The notes: generated from the letters alone by a model not told the origin. Counted from the stretch's first letter, positions 1 through 7,571 are shown. The stretch: DNA of 25,200 bases from Candidatus Woesearchaeota archaeon (GCA_038891615.1 JAWADY010000004.1:1-25200); one strand, 5' to 3'. Translations and numbers: made by a program.

Positions 1-127
1 AAATCATTCACACCATCAAAACTAAAAGCCTCACCAACCACACCAGCACCAAAACCAGCACCACCCTGCAAAACACCATGACTCACACCCACCAAATCAC
101 CAGCACTACCATCACCAGGCCACCAAC
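1..127. repeat. Exact direct repeat, copy A (start of second LamG domain; may extend beyond the window)
   Basis: 1-127 is identical to 814-940; offset 813 nt = 271 codons. Confidence 0.95.
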
Positions 128-1031
128 TCACAACACCACCAGGCACAGACTTACAACTACCAACAACACCACAAACACTCGGCTGACCAAAACAAGCAAA
201 ACCAGACTCAACAACACACCCAGAACCACAACCATCCCCACCTAAAACATTCCCATCATCACAAAACTCACCAACCTCCACCAAGCCATTACCACAAACA
301 GAACTCACAACCTTACACTTACCCAAACCCCCAGCAGCAAAAACAGCCTGAACCTCACCATCACCCAAAGCACGACCAAAAACCTCAACCTCATCAACCA
401 AACCCCTCAAAAAAGAACCCCCAACATTAGGATGCCCACCAATCAAAGCACGAGGATTCTGCCCATAATCAATACCAGTATTATGACAAGAATCAAAACC
501 AACCAAAGCCCCATCAACATAAACCTTCACAGAAGAACCATCATAAACACCAGCCCAATGATGCCACTTACCATCCTTCAAACCAGGACCACCCCTAGCC
601 CAACAATCACCCCAACCAAAACCATTCTCCTTTACCAAAAAAGCAGCAGTACTGCCATAATACAAATATAAAGCATAACCAGCAAGGCTGCCAGAAGCAT
701 CCTGAGCTGTAAAAACCATAGAAGTACTCAACTGAGAAGGATCCAGCTTAACCCAAGCATCAACACTCACAGCACCAGAAGGCCTCAAACCAGCACCAGT
801 CCCAACATCAACAAAATCATTCACACCATCAAAACTAAAAGCCTCACCAACCACACCAGCACCAAAACCAGCACCACCCTGCAAAACACCATGACTCACA
901 CCCACCAAATCACCAGCACTACCATCACCAGGCCACCAACCCAAAAGCCCAGAAGGAGGGGTTACACATTGGGCAAAAACAGCTAAAGAAAGAGTAAAAA
1001 TGAAAAAAACAAAGAGTACAGATAACCACAA
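1..1031 (-). CDS. Secreted LamG-like jellyroll (Laminin_G_3) repeat protein with Cys-rich (DUF4215/Myxococcus-type) repeat; partial, runs off the left edge
   Basis: Hand translation of an uninterrupted minus frame: signal-like LWLSVLFVFFIFTLSLAVFAQ, then CVTPPSGLLGWWPGDG...AFSFDGVNDFV...WHHWAGVYDG...VYVDG...GLVDEVEVFGRAL (LamG), then CGNGLVEVGEFCDDGNVLGGDGC (Cys-rich repeat), then a second WWPGDG LamG. Start uncertain (TTG 1031, or CTG 1079/1082). Not in the ORF track. Confidence 0.85.
   Translation of the reverse strand, partial: MWLSVLFVFFIFTLSLAVFAQCVTPPSGLLGWWPGDGSAGDLVGVSHGVLQGGAGFGAGVVGEAFSFDGVNDFVDVGTGAGLRPSGAVSVDAWVKLDPSQLSTSMVFTAQDASGSLAGYALYLYYGSTAAFLVKENGFGWGDCWARGGPGLKDGKWHHWAGVYDGSSVKVYVDGALVGFDSCHNTGIDYGQNPRALIGGHPNVGGSFLRGLVDEVEVFGRALGDGEVQAVFAAGGLGKCKVVSSVCGNGLVEVGEFCDDGNVLGGDGCGSGCVVESGFACFGQPSVCGVVGSCKSVPGGVVSWWPGDGSAGDLVGVSHGVLQGGAGFGAGVVGEAFSFDGVND
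814..940. repeat. Exact direct repeat, copy B (start of first LamG domain)
   Basis: Identical to 1-127 by base-by-base comparison. Confidence 0.95.
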
Positions 1032-1327
1032 TGGCTTATTTTTGAGACCACAATTACCACAACTTTTTTTGATTCTCAGCAGGAGTAAAAAAACATTTAA
1101 ATTTTTGTTTTCACTTTAAAGGGATAAGATTATTTTTGTGTAGAAAACTCAAGCACTAAACCATCTTCTTCTAATACAGCTTTCATTGGCAACCTTCAAA
1201 AAGCAGGCATCAGATTTCTATAACCGCAATTCAAAAATTTAATGCGCTTCATTAGCACCTTGACCATTCGATTTGAACACTCCACAAATTTTAAATACTA
1301 ATTGCATTTTTGAGGCTTTGTAAAAAG

Positions 1328-2176
1328 ATGCGAAAGCTCAAAAACAAACGCGGCACTGAAATGTTTGTTCTTGGAATTATTGCATTCACATTTTTAACAA
1401 TTTTATCTCTTGAGCATCTTAGAAATAATAATGAAAGTAATTTAATCACTTCTGCGAATCCTGCTCCGGTTACAAACAGTCAATCAAGATCGAGTTTGAC
1501 AGTACTTCCAGAAGAGGTCAGAGCTGCAATTGCGGCTGGTAAGGACTTTGTCGACATACCAGTCACTCCTGAACTCTCAAGAGCATTCTTCATTGACTAT
1601 TCAAAAGCTGTACACGTAACACCTCTGGGAACAGATTGCGGCCCAGACTCTAGTTCTTATAAACTGATGGGAAAAGGGCTGAAATGGTTTGTTTTCCCAA
1701 TAAGCTATAATATTGACCCTTCTGGCTCTGGGATTGATCCTTTTCTGACAAAGCAGGCAGTGGTTAATGGCATGAACAGCTGGGATGCTGAAGAGCATCC
1801 TACTGGAGGGCTTTTTGTTGAAAGTCTGCCTGCAAAAGTGAGCATTGGCTGGAATCCGATTGATGGACCAGGAGGAGCCCTTGCAGTAACATCGTTGACT
1901 TATATGACCAAAACAAAAGAGATAGTCAGCGCAACAGTAAGCTTTGACTCGCAAGAAAGCTGGACACAATATCCAGCTCTAAGCTGTACAAGCCAAGGAA
2001 GCGCTTTTGACATAGAAAATGTTGCAGCGCACGAAATTGGGCATGTGATTGGGCTTGACCATGTTCGGAAATTCACTGACCAAGCACTAACGATGTGGCC
2101 GTATGCTGGGCCAGGCGAGACATTCAAGAGAACTCTAGGAACTGGAGATAAAAAGGGAATCGATGCTCTTTACTAA
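1328..2176 (+). CDS. Matrixin-family (M10, metzincin) zinc metalloprotease, exported or membrane-anchored
   Basis: HEIGHVIGLDH (HExxHxxGxxH), Met-turn LTMWP, DGPGGALA motif, N-terminal basic plus hydrophobic segment. ATG 1328 chosen because it lies downstream of TTTTAAATA (~1289-1297). Confidence 0.9.
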   Translation: MRKLKNKRGTEMFVLGIIAFTFLTILSLEHLRNNNESNLITSANPAPVTNSQSRSSLTVLPEEVRAAIAAGKDFVDIPVTPELSRAFFIDYSKAVHVTPLGTDCGPDSSSYKLMGKGLKWFVFPISYNIDPSGSGIDPFLTKQAVVNGMNSWDAEEHPTGGLFVESLPAKVSIGWNPIDGPGGALAVTSLTYMTKTKEIVSATVSFDSQESWTQYPALSCTSQGSAFDIENVAAHEIGHVIGLDHVRKFTDQALTMWPYAGPGETFKRTLGTGDKKGIDALY

Positions 2177-2251
2177 GTTTAGTTTTGGATTCGCTCAGCG
2201 TGCAGCTTCTGTCTAAAATTATTTTGGCTGTTAGACTATAGAAAAGCTTTA

Positions 2252-2422
2252 TCAAGAAATTGGAATGGCTCCAGCTGCCTTCTTTGTTATCTCGAGGTTA
2301 CAGCTGTTGTGAGCCCGACACCACTCCTCACAACGCTCTGCTGTTGAGCTATCGCTGTAATAAAATCCACACGCCTCACACTGCCAATAGCTCTTGTTGT
2401 CTTTTCTAATTTTTTTGACCAT
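2252..2422 (-). CDS. Small Cys/His-rich putative metal-binding protein (56 aa)
   Basis: MVKKIRKDNKSYWQCEACGFYY...ERCEEWCRAHNSCNLEITK; ATG at 2422 with an AT-rich TATA-like element near 2448-2457. Confidence 0.7.
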   Translation of the reverse strand: MVKKIRKDNKSYWQCEACGFYYSDSSTAERCEEWCRAHNSCNLEITKKAAGAIPIS

Positions 2423-2574
2423 CGGGATTAAAGATGGTGACATATTTGATATATTAAGTTTTGCTGCTGTCTTGCGACTTGAGACGATGGAGATTACAAT
2501 TACCACTTAACCACTTCTTTTTGGACGAGATTTCAGCAAAGTATATAAAGCATCCTTCACTCTTCCGAAGAAGG

Positions 2575-2772
2575 ATGACTTTTACAAATAAAGAAAACAG
2601 GCTTTTAGCACTGCTGGTGAAGCAGGAGCTGGAAAGGTTTAGAGCGCGCGAAGGCAGAGGGGAGGCGAGTGAGCTTCCAAGGGTGCTTGCAGGCGAAGAG
2701 CAATACGAGCACTTCCTGGAGAAGCTGCTAGCAAAGCTTGAAGGGAAAAGGCTAAAGGATGGCCATAAATGA
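2575..2772 (+). CDS. Hypothetical small helical protein (65 aa)
   Basis: ATG 2575 follows TATA-like GTATATAAAG (2541-2550); co-oriented and 8 nt from prefoldin. Confidence 0.6.
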   Translation: MTFTNKENRLLALLVKQELERFRAREGRGEASELPRVLAGEEQYEHFLEKLLAKLEGKRLKDGHK

Positions 2773-2780
2773 GTTGAAAA

Positions 2781-3221
2781 ATGGAAGAAAAGCAAAAAGA
2801 AAATGAATCTGAGCTTAAGCAACAAATTACTCAAGGATACTTAGAACTGCAGCTTATTGATAGACAGCTCAGGCAACTACAAGCACAAATGCAAGCTCTT
2901 GAGGCTCAAGCGCTGGAGCTTGATACCGTTTCAAGCCAACTTGATGATTTTGGAAGATTAGAGATTGGAAGCGAGCTGTTCGTTCAAATCGCGCCAGGAA
3001 TTTTTGCAAAGGCAGAACTAAAAGAGAACAAGGAATTGCTTGTCAATGTTGGAGGTGGCGCTGCTGTTAAAGAATCGATTCCTGAAACAAAAGCCCTGCT
3101 TGCTGCCCAAGTGGCTGAGATAAGAAAGGTTCAGCAGGAACTCGGACAACAGATAGAAAAGCTGACAACAGAAGCTCGCAAATTGGAAGAAAGTATTCAA
3201 AAACTAATTTCAAAAAAATAA
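2781..3221 (+). CDS. pfdA: Prefoldin subunit alpha
   Basis: Coiled coil, beta-hairpins (ELFVQIAPGIFAKAEL..LLVNVGGG), coiled coil; conserved adjacency to ftsY. Confidence 0.9.
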   Translation: MEEKQKENESELKQQITQGYLELQLIDRQLRQLQAQMQALEAQALELDTVSSQLDDFGRLEIGSELFVQIAPGIFAKAELKENKELLVNVGGGAAVKESIPETKALLAAQVAEIRKVQQELGQQIEKLTTEARKLEESIQKLISKK

Positions 3222-3236
3222 CCGCTTCAAATAAAA

Positions 3237-4322
3237 ATGTTCACTTTTCTCAAAGAAAAACTGAAGGCAGCGATATCACTATTCACAAAAAAAGCTGAAG
3301 AAGTGCCTGCGGAGAAGACAGAAGAAGCAGAGCTGCCAAAAAAAAGAGCTGAACCAAAATCAGAAGTTTTTGAAGAAAAAGAATTCAATGAAAAAGAAAG
3401 GGTATTTGAAGGACCAAAAGAAGCACCTGCTGAGAAAAAAGGCTTTTTTGCACGACTCAAGGAAAAGGTTGTGGAAGTTGTCACAACGACAAGGCTCTCT
3501 GAAGGTAAATTCGATGAGCTTTTCTGGGAGCTTGAGCTTGCACTCCTGGAGAACAATGTGGCAGTCGAGGTTGTTGAAAAAATAAAAGCCGACCTCAAAG
3601 CAGCTATCGTTGACAAACCGATTCCTAGAGGGAAGCTAAAGGAAAGGATAGCTGAAGCACTCAGGCAGTCAATCCTTGAACTATTTTCTGTTGAGGCGCC
3701 TAACCTTTTGGAAAAAGCAAGGTCAAAAAAACCTTTTGTCATTTGTTTTTTTGGAATAAACGGTTCTGGAAAGACAACAACAATTGCAAAAGTTGCACAT
3801 CTATTGCAGAAGAACGGTCTTAGCACTGTCCTCGCAGCCTCGGATACTTTCAGAGCAGCCGCTATCGACCAGCTCCAGCAACACGCAGAAAAGATTGGCA
3901 GTAAGTTGATAAAACAGGATTATGGCGCTGATGCAGCGGCTGTTGCTTTTGATGCAATCAAGCATGCCAAGGCTGCCAAAAAAGATGTTGTGCTTATAGA
4001 TACAGCTGGAAGGCTTCACTCAAATGTCAACTTAATGGATGAGCTGAAGAAGGTTTGCAGGGTGGCAAAGCCTGACATGAAGATTTTTGTTGGCGAGGCG
4101 CTGACAGGCAATGACTGCGTTGAACAAGCAAGCACTTTTGACAAGGCAATAGGAATTGATGGAATAATTCTCACAAAGGCTGATGTTGATGAAAAGGGTG
4201 GAGCTGCAATATCGATATCAAAAGTTACTGGAAAGCCAATTCTTTTTTTAGGCACTGGCCAAGGCTACGATGACCTCAAGCCTTTTGAGCCGAAAATTGT
4301 CTTAGAAAGCCTTGGGATTTGA
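3237..4322 (+). CDS. ftsY: Signal recognition particle receptor FtsY
   Basis: GINGSGKTTTIAK, DTFRAAAIDQL, DTAGR, TKADVDEKGG, GTGQGYDDL; charged N-terminal region. Confidence 0.97.
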   Translation: MFTFLKEKLKAAISLFTKKAEEVPAEKTEEAELPKKRAEPKSEVFEEKEFNEKERVFEGPKEAPAEKKGFFARLKEKVVEVVTTTRLSEGKFDELFWELELALLENNVAVEVVEKIKADLKAAIVDKPIPRGKLKERIAEALRQSILELFSVEAPNLLEKARSKKPFVICFFGINGSGKTTTIAKVAHLLQKNGLSTVLAASDTFRAAAIDQLQQHAEKIGSKLIKQDYGADAAAVAFDAIKHAKAAKKDVVLIDTAGRLHSNVNLMDELKKVCRVAKPDMKIFVGEALTGNDCVEQASTFDKAIGIDGIILTKADVDEKGGAAISISKVTGKPILFLGTGQGYDDLKPFEPKIVLESLGI

Positions 4323-4342
4323 CAAGAAACAGGCAACTTAGC

Positions 4343-4462
4343 TTAGTTCAAATCATCATCACATGGTCTTTTTTGAAAAATCTCAAACCATTCTCTGAGA
4401 TGCCATTCCTCACCCCGCTTTATAAGTTCATCCTTTTTCACAACTAGCTCAGTTTTTGGCAT
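4343..4462 (-). CDS. Putative micro-protein (39 aa) MPKTELVVKKDELIKRGEEWHLREWFEIFQKRPCDDDLN
   Basis: ATG 4462 to TAA 4343, protein-like composition, fills the intergenic gap convergent with ftsY. Confidence 0.45.
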   Translation of the reverse strand: MPKTELVVKKDELIKRGEEWHLREWFEIFQKRPCDDDLN

Positions 4463-4469
4463 CTTAGTC

Positions 4470-4562
4470 TCAAAGGCGGTCCGGTTTACCGAACCGCCAC
4501 TTCATCACCTCCTTGTTATGCCAGTTTGCCAAAAAGGGCTGGGTGCCTTCTTGGACCATCAT
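4470..4562 (-). other. Structured leader or small RNA and/or 30-aa leaderless uORF (MMVQEGTQPFLANWHNKEVMKWRFGKPDRL)
   Basis: Minus strand reads ATGATGGTCCAAG...AAGGAGGTGAT (11-nt complement of the 16S 3' end, 4504-4514), then the 10-bp hairpin GGCGGTTCGG-TAAA-CCGGACCGCC (4475-4498) and TTT. TATA-like element at ~4573-4582. Confidence 0.5.
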
Positions 4563-4616
4563 AGAAAGGGGATTTATTAATACATTATGAAAGAAGGGTT
4601 TAGAAAAAAGATGCGC

Positions 4617-4665
4617 AAAGTTTATAAAGAAACCAATTGTCAAGTGACAACAGGAATTAGTGTCA
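4617..4665 (+). promoter_or_regulatory. BRE/TATA promoter with palindromic operator
   Basis: AAAG-TTTATAAA (4617-4628); inverted repeat TTGTCA-AG-TGACAA (4637-4650); extra half-site TGTCA (4661-4665). Confidence 0.6.
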
Positions 4666-4696
4666 TATCAAAAGCTTAGAAGAGAGGTTTGGCTCA

Positions 4697-5392
4697 ATGA
4701 CAGCATTTGTATACAGTCCTCCTTGGTTTCATGGCATTGATACAATTCTCGAACTTTTTGCAGGAATGGTTGCCATAATCACTGCACTTGTAGGTTACAA
4801 AGCATACGGGCTCACACATGAAAGGAAGTTTTTCTGGTTTGGGACTGCTTTTGGTTTCATCACCCTTTCATTCCTTGCACGCGCCTTGACAACGCTTTTC
4901 ATAAGCTATAAAATTGAGACAATAACATCACGATCTTTATTATCAAGTCTGGCAGACATAGGCCAAGTTTTTGTTGCAGGACGATTTGCATACGTCCTTC
5001 TTGTGCTTTCGGCATATCTCGTCCTTTTCTTGCTCTCAACCAAACAAAAGGATAAGCTGACAATTGCGCTCTTGTGCGTCTTTGTGATTCTTTTCAGCGC
5101 ATTCTCCTACGCAAGCTCAATGGCTTTTTATCTTGCTGCTCTGGCGCTTCTTGTCTTCATCACAGCAAACCATCTTGCAAACTATCAAAAGCGTCGCTCA
5201 CAAATAACCCTAGGAATTCTTCTGGCTTTCACTTTCATGATTGTTGAATACCTCTTCTTCATAGCCGCACTAAAAATCGGGCAGCTAACAGTAGGAGCAT
5301 ACCTTTCAAGGCTTCTTGGGTATGCAACCCTTCTTATGTCAATTGTAAGTCTTGGAAAAACGAAAATTAAAAATGAGAAGAAACAGGATTGA
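4697..5392 (+). CDS. Integral membrane protein with about 7 TM helices, unknown function
   Basis: Seven hydrophobic segments by eye; SD-like GAGGT upstream; 3' end overlaps the HTH gene. Confidence 0.8.
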   Translation: MTAFVYSPPWFHGIDTILELFAGMVAIITALVGYKAYGLTHERKFFWFGTAFGFITLSFLARALTTLFISYKIETITSRSLLSSLADIGQVFVAGRFAYVLLVLSAYLVLFLLSTKQKDKLTIALLCVFVILFSAFSYASSMAFYLAALALLVFITANHLANYQKRRSQITLGILLAFTFMIVEYLFFIAALKIGQLTVGAYLSRLLGYATLLMSIVSLGKTKIKNEKKQD

Positions 5393-5639
5393 AATTCTCA
5401 TCAACATCCTTGAGGTTGCCTATGCAAAGGGCGAGCGCATAAAGCCAACCCATCTTCTTTACAAGTCAAATCTTTCACATGCAAGGATGAAAAAGTATGT
5501 GGAGGAACTAAAGGCAAAAGGGCTGCTCGCAGAGCGCTTTGAGGACGGAAGGAGCTACTTTAGCATCACAGAAAAGGGAATCGCTTTTCTTGCAGAATAC
5601 AAGAAGGTCCGAGAGCTTACAGAGGCTTTCGGACTATAG
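5373..5639 (+). CDS. Archaeal winged helix-turn-helix transcription regulator (HTH_45-like)
   Basis: MRRNRIEILINILE...KPTHLLYKSNLS...YVEEL..KGLL...YFSITEKG pattern typical of this archaeal wHTH family. Confidence 0.85.
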   Translation: MRRNRIEILINILEVAYAKGERIKPTHLLYKSNLSHARMKKYVEELKAKGLLAERFEDGRSYFSITEKGIAFLAEYKKVRELTEAFGL

Positions 5640-5642
5640 CGG

Positions 5643-7424
5643 CTACTTTTTGTCAGAGATTTCCTTCAGGCATCGCTTGATGAAATCTGAAGTAGGAATT
5701 GTTCCATGAACAACATTATCACGCGTACGAACATTAACAGTTTGGGTGGTAGCTTCTTTTTCTCCAACAACAAGAATGTAGGGCACGTAATCGAGCTGGG
5801 CATTGCGTATTTTTTTGTTTAGTGTTTCAGCTCCTAGGTCTAGCCTAACACGAATGCCAGCTGCCAGGAGCTCATCGTGAACTTTCTTTGCATAGTCATC
5901 AAATCTGTTTGAAACGGTTATAATGCGTGCTTGTTCAGGACTCAACCAAAGCGGAAACTTGCCAGCAAAGTGTTCAATGAGGTGTGCAAAAAAGCGCTCA
6001 TAACTTCCATAAATAGCCCTATGAATGACAATTGGATTTTTTCTATTGTCATGCTCGTCAACATACTCAAGACCCATCCTTGTAGGAACAATAAAGTCTA
6101 TCTGAGCTGTTGCAATTGTTTCTTCATGCCCATAAACATTCTTTATTTGGACATCGATCTTTGGCCCATAGAATGCTGCTTCGCCGACTGCCTCAACATA
6201 TTTTGCTCCAAAAGAACTCATTGCCTTCCTAATCGCATCTGCAGTTGCTTCCCATTTTAACCTATCACCACTTGCGTACTTCTCTGGGTTTTTCTCAAAA
6301 TCAGGAAGAGATAACCTAAACCAGAAATCGCTAATTCCAATTGTATCATAAACCTCTTTGAACAGTCTCAGCACTGAAACAAATTCTGTTTCCAGCTGCT
6401 CCTCTGTGCAGTAAATGTGCGCATCATTCTGAGTCATTGCACGCACCCGCATCATGCCAGAGGCCACCCCAGAAAGCTCTTTCCTATAAACAGTTCCTTC
6501 TTCAGCAAGCCTAAGTGGCAAGTCTCTGTAACTTGTAACAAGTCTCTTGAAAATAAGATGATGATGAGGGCAATTCATTGGCTTTAGATAGTACTCTTGT
6601 GAATTCTCGCGCATGGGAGGGTACATGAAATCCTTGTAGTAGGGTAAGTGTCCTGATTGTAGGTATAACTGTGAAAGCGCGAGATGCGGAGTCCAGACAT
6701 ATTTGTAGCCATATGCCTCTTCCTTTTGGCGTATAAATTTCATCAACTCATTACGTACTATTTCCCCATTTGGCAACCATAGAGGAAGTCCCATTCCAAT
6801 GCTCTCGGAAAACATGAAAAGATTAAGCCTACTTCCAAGTTTTCTGTGGTCCCTTTTCTCCGCGTCTGCGAGGGCTTCCAAAAAGACATTGAGCTCTGCC
6901 TTGCTTGGAAAACTTGTGCCATAAATCCTTGTGAGCTGTGGCTTATGTGGGTCTCCGCGCCAATACGCGCCTGCTATTTTCAGAAGCTTAAAGGCAGCTA
7001 TCGCTCCTGTGCTTTGAACATGACCGCCCCTGCAAAGGTCAATAAAATTTCCTTGCCTATAAGCAGTTAGCTGCTCACCCTTTTTTACTATCTCATCTAT
7101 CAGCTCGAGCTTGAAAGGGTTTTTTGAAAAAAGCTTTCTTGCGTCTTCCGGACTCAGCTCCAGTCTCTCAAGCTTATAATTCGCCTTTACAATATCAGCC
7201 ATCTTTTTCTCTATTTTTGGAAAATCGTCAGGAGTTATTTTTAGCCCAGCGAAATCATAGTAAAAGCCGTTTTCTATCGGTGGGCCAATTGCGGGAAGCG
7301 CATCTGGATAAAGCTCTGTGACAGCGTGCGCTAGAATGTGTGCAGTGGTGTGTCTAAAGGCATCAATCTCTTCAGGGGTTGCGAAAGGCGCCTTTCTTTT
7401 TTCCTCATTTTTTGTTTTTGGCAT
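5643..7424 (-). CDS. thrS: Threonyl-tRNA synthetase, bacterial type, lacking the TGS domain
   Basis: RHTTAHILA and DLCRGGH editing domain, RDHRKLG, KPMNCP, EAAFYGPKID, HRAIYGSYERF, anticodon-binding domain. Confidence 0.97.
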   Translation of the reverse strand: MPKTKNEEKRKAPFATPEEIDAFRHTTAHILAHAVTELYPDALPAIGPPIENGFYYDFAGLKITPDDFPKIEKKMADIVKANYKLERLELSPEDARKLFSKNPFKLELIDEIVKKGEQLTAYRQGNFIDLCRGGHVQSTGAIAAFKLLKIAGAYWRGDPHKPQLTRIYGTSFPSKAELNVFLEALADAEKRDHRKLGSRLNLFMFSESIGMGLPLWLPNGEIVRNELMKFIRQKEEAYGYKYVWTPHLALSQLYLQSGHLPYYKDFMYPPMRENSQEYYLKPMNCPHHHLIFKRLVTSYRDLPLRLAEEGTVYRKELSGVASGMMRVRAMTQNDAHIYCTEEQLETEFVSVLRLFKEVYDTIGISDFWFRLSLPDFEKNPEKYASGDRLKWEATADAIRKAMSSFGAKYVEAVGEAAFYGPKIDVQIKNVYGHEETIATAQIDFIVPTRMGLEYVDEHDNRKNPIVIHRAIYGSYERFFAHLIEHFAGKFPLWLSPEQARIITVSNRFDDYAKKVHDELLAAGIRVRLDLGAETLNKKIRNAQLDYVPYILVVGEKEATTQTVNVRTRDNVVHGTIPTSDFIKRCLKEISDKK

Positions 7425-7508
7425 ACCTCAACCTTCAGCCTACTTGTTTAAAAACCTTGCTGAAGGACCGACATCTTTTTAAAGCGTGTACATTTTGTCA
7501 CAATCATT

Positions 7509-7552
7509 CTGGGCGTAAGCTTGTGCTTTGCCCCAGTAGCCCGCAAGGGCTA
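7509..7552 (+). promoter_or_regulatory. Structured 5' leader of the rps19e operon (two tandem hairpins)
   Basis: CTGGG-CG-T-AAGC-TTGT-GCTT-TG-C-CCCAG (7509-7536) and TAGCCC-GCAA-GGGCTA (7537-7552, GNRA loop), between TATA TTTTAAA (~7477) and SD GGGTGA (7562-7567). Confidence 0.55.
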
Positions 7553-7571
7553 AAGTGCTAAGGGTGAAAAA

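Noticed and set aside
432-671. 79-aa plus-strand ORF rich in T/I/N/P
   Set aside because: Shadow of the skewed LamG gene on the opposite strand.
1-940. Diversity-generating retroelement TR/VR pair
   Set aside because: The two copies are identical with no adenine-specific mismatches, both lie in frame in one gene, no reverse transcriptase is in the window, and C is depleted as well as A on the coding strand.
3227-3826. 199-aa antisense ORF over ftsY (likewise 7838-8386, 8456-8971, 20235-20741, 24155-24631)
   Set aside because: F/S/L-rich mirror translations of K/E-rich sense genes, without independent motifs.
4504-4514. 16S rRNA 3'-end fragment (ATCACCTCCTT)
   Set aside because: Only 11 nt match and the flanks do not resemble helix 45; better read as an SD on the minus strand.
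4697-5392. Microbial rhodopsin or heliorhodopsin
   Set aside because: Seven helices, but no retinal-binding Lys motif (DxxxK/SxxxK) in helix 7.
7505-7560. SRP RNA or tRNA fragment
   Set aside because: Too short, with no SRP helix 8 motif and no T-loop or cloverleaf.
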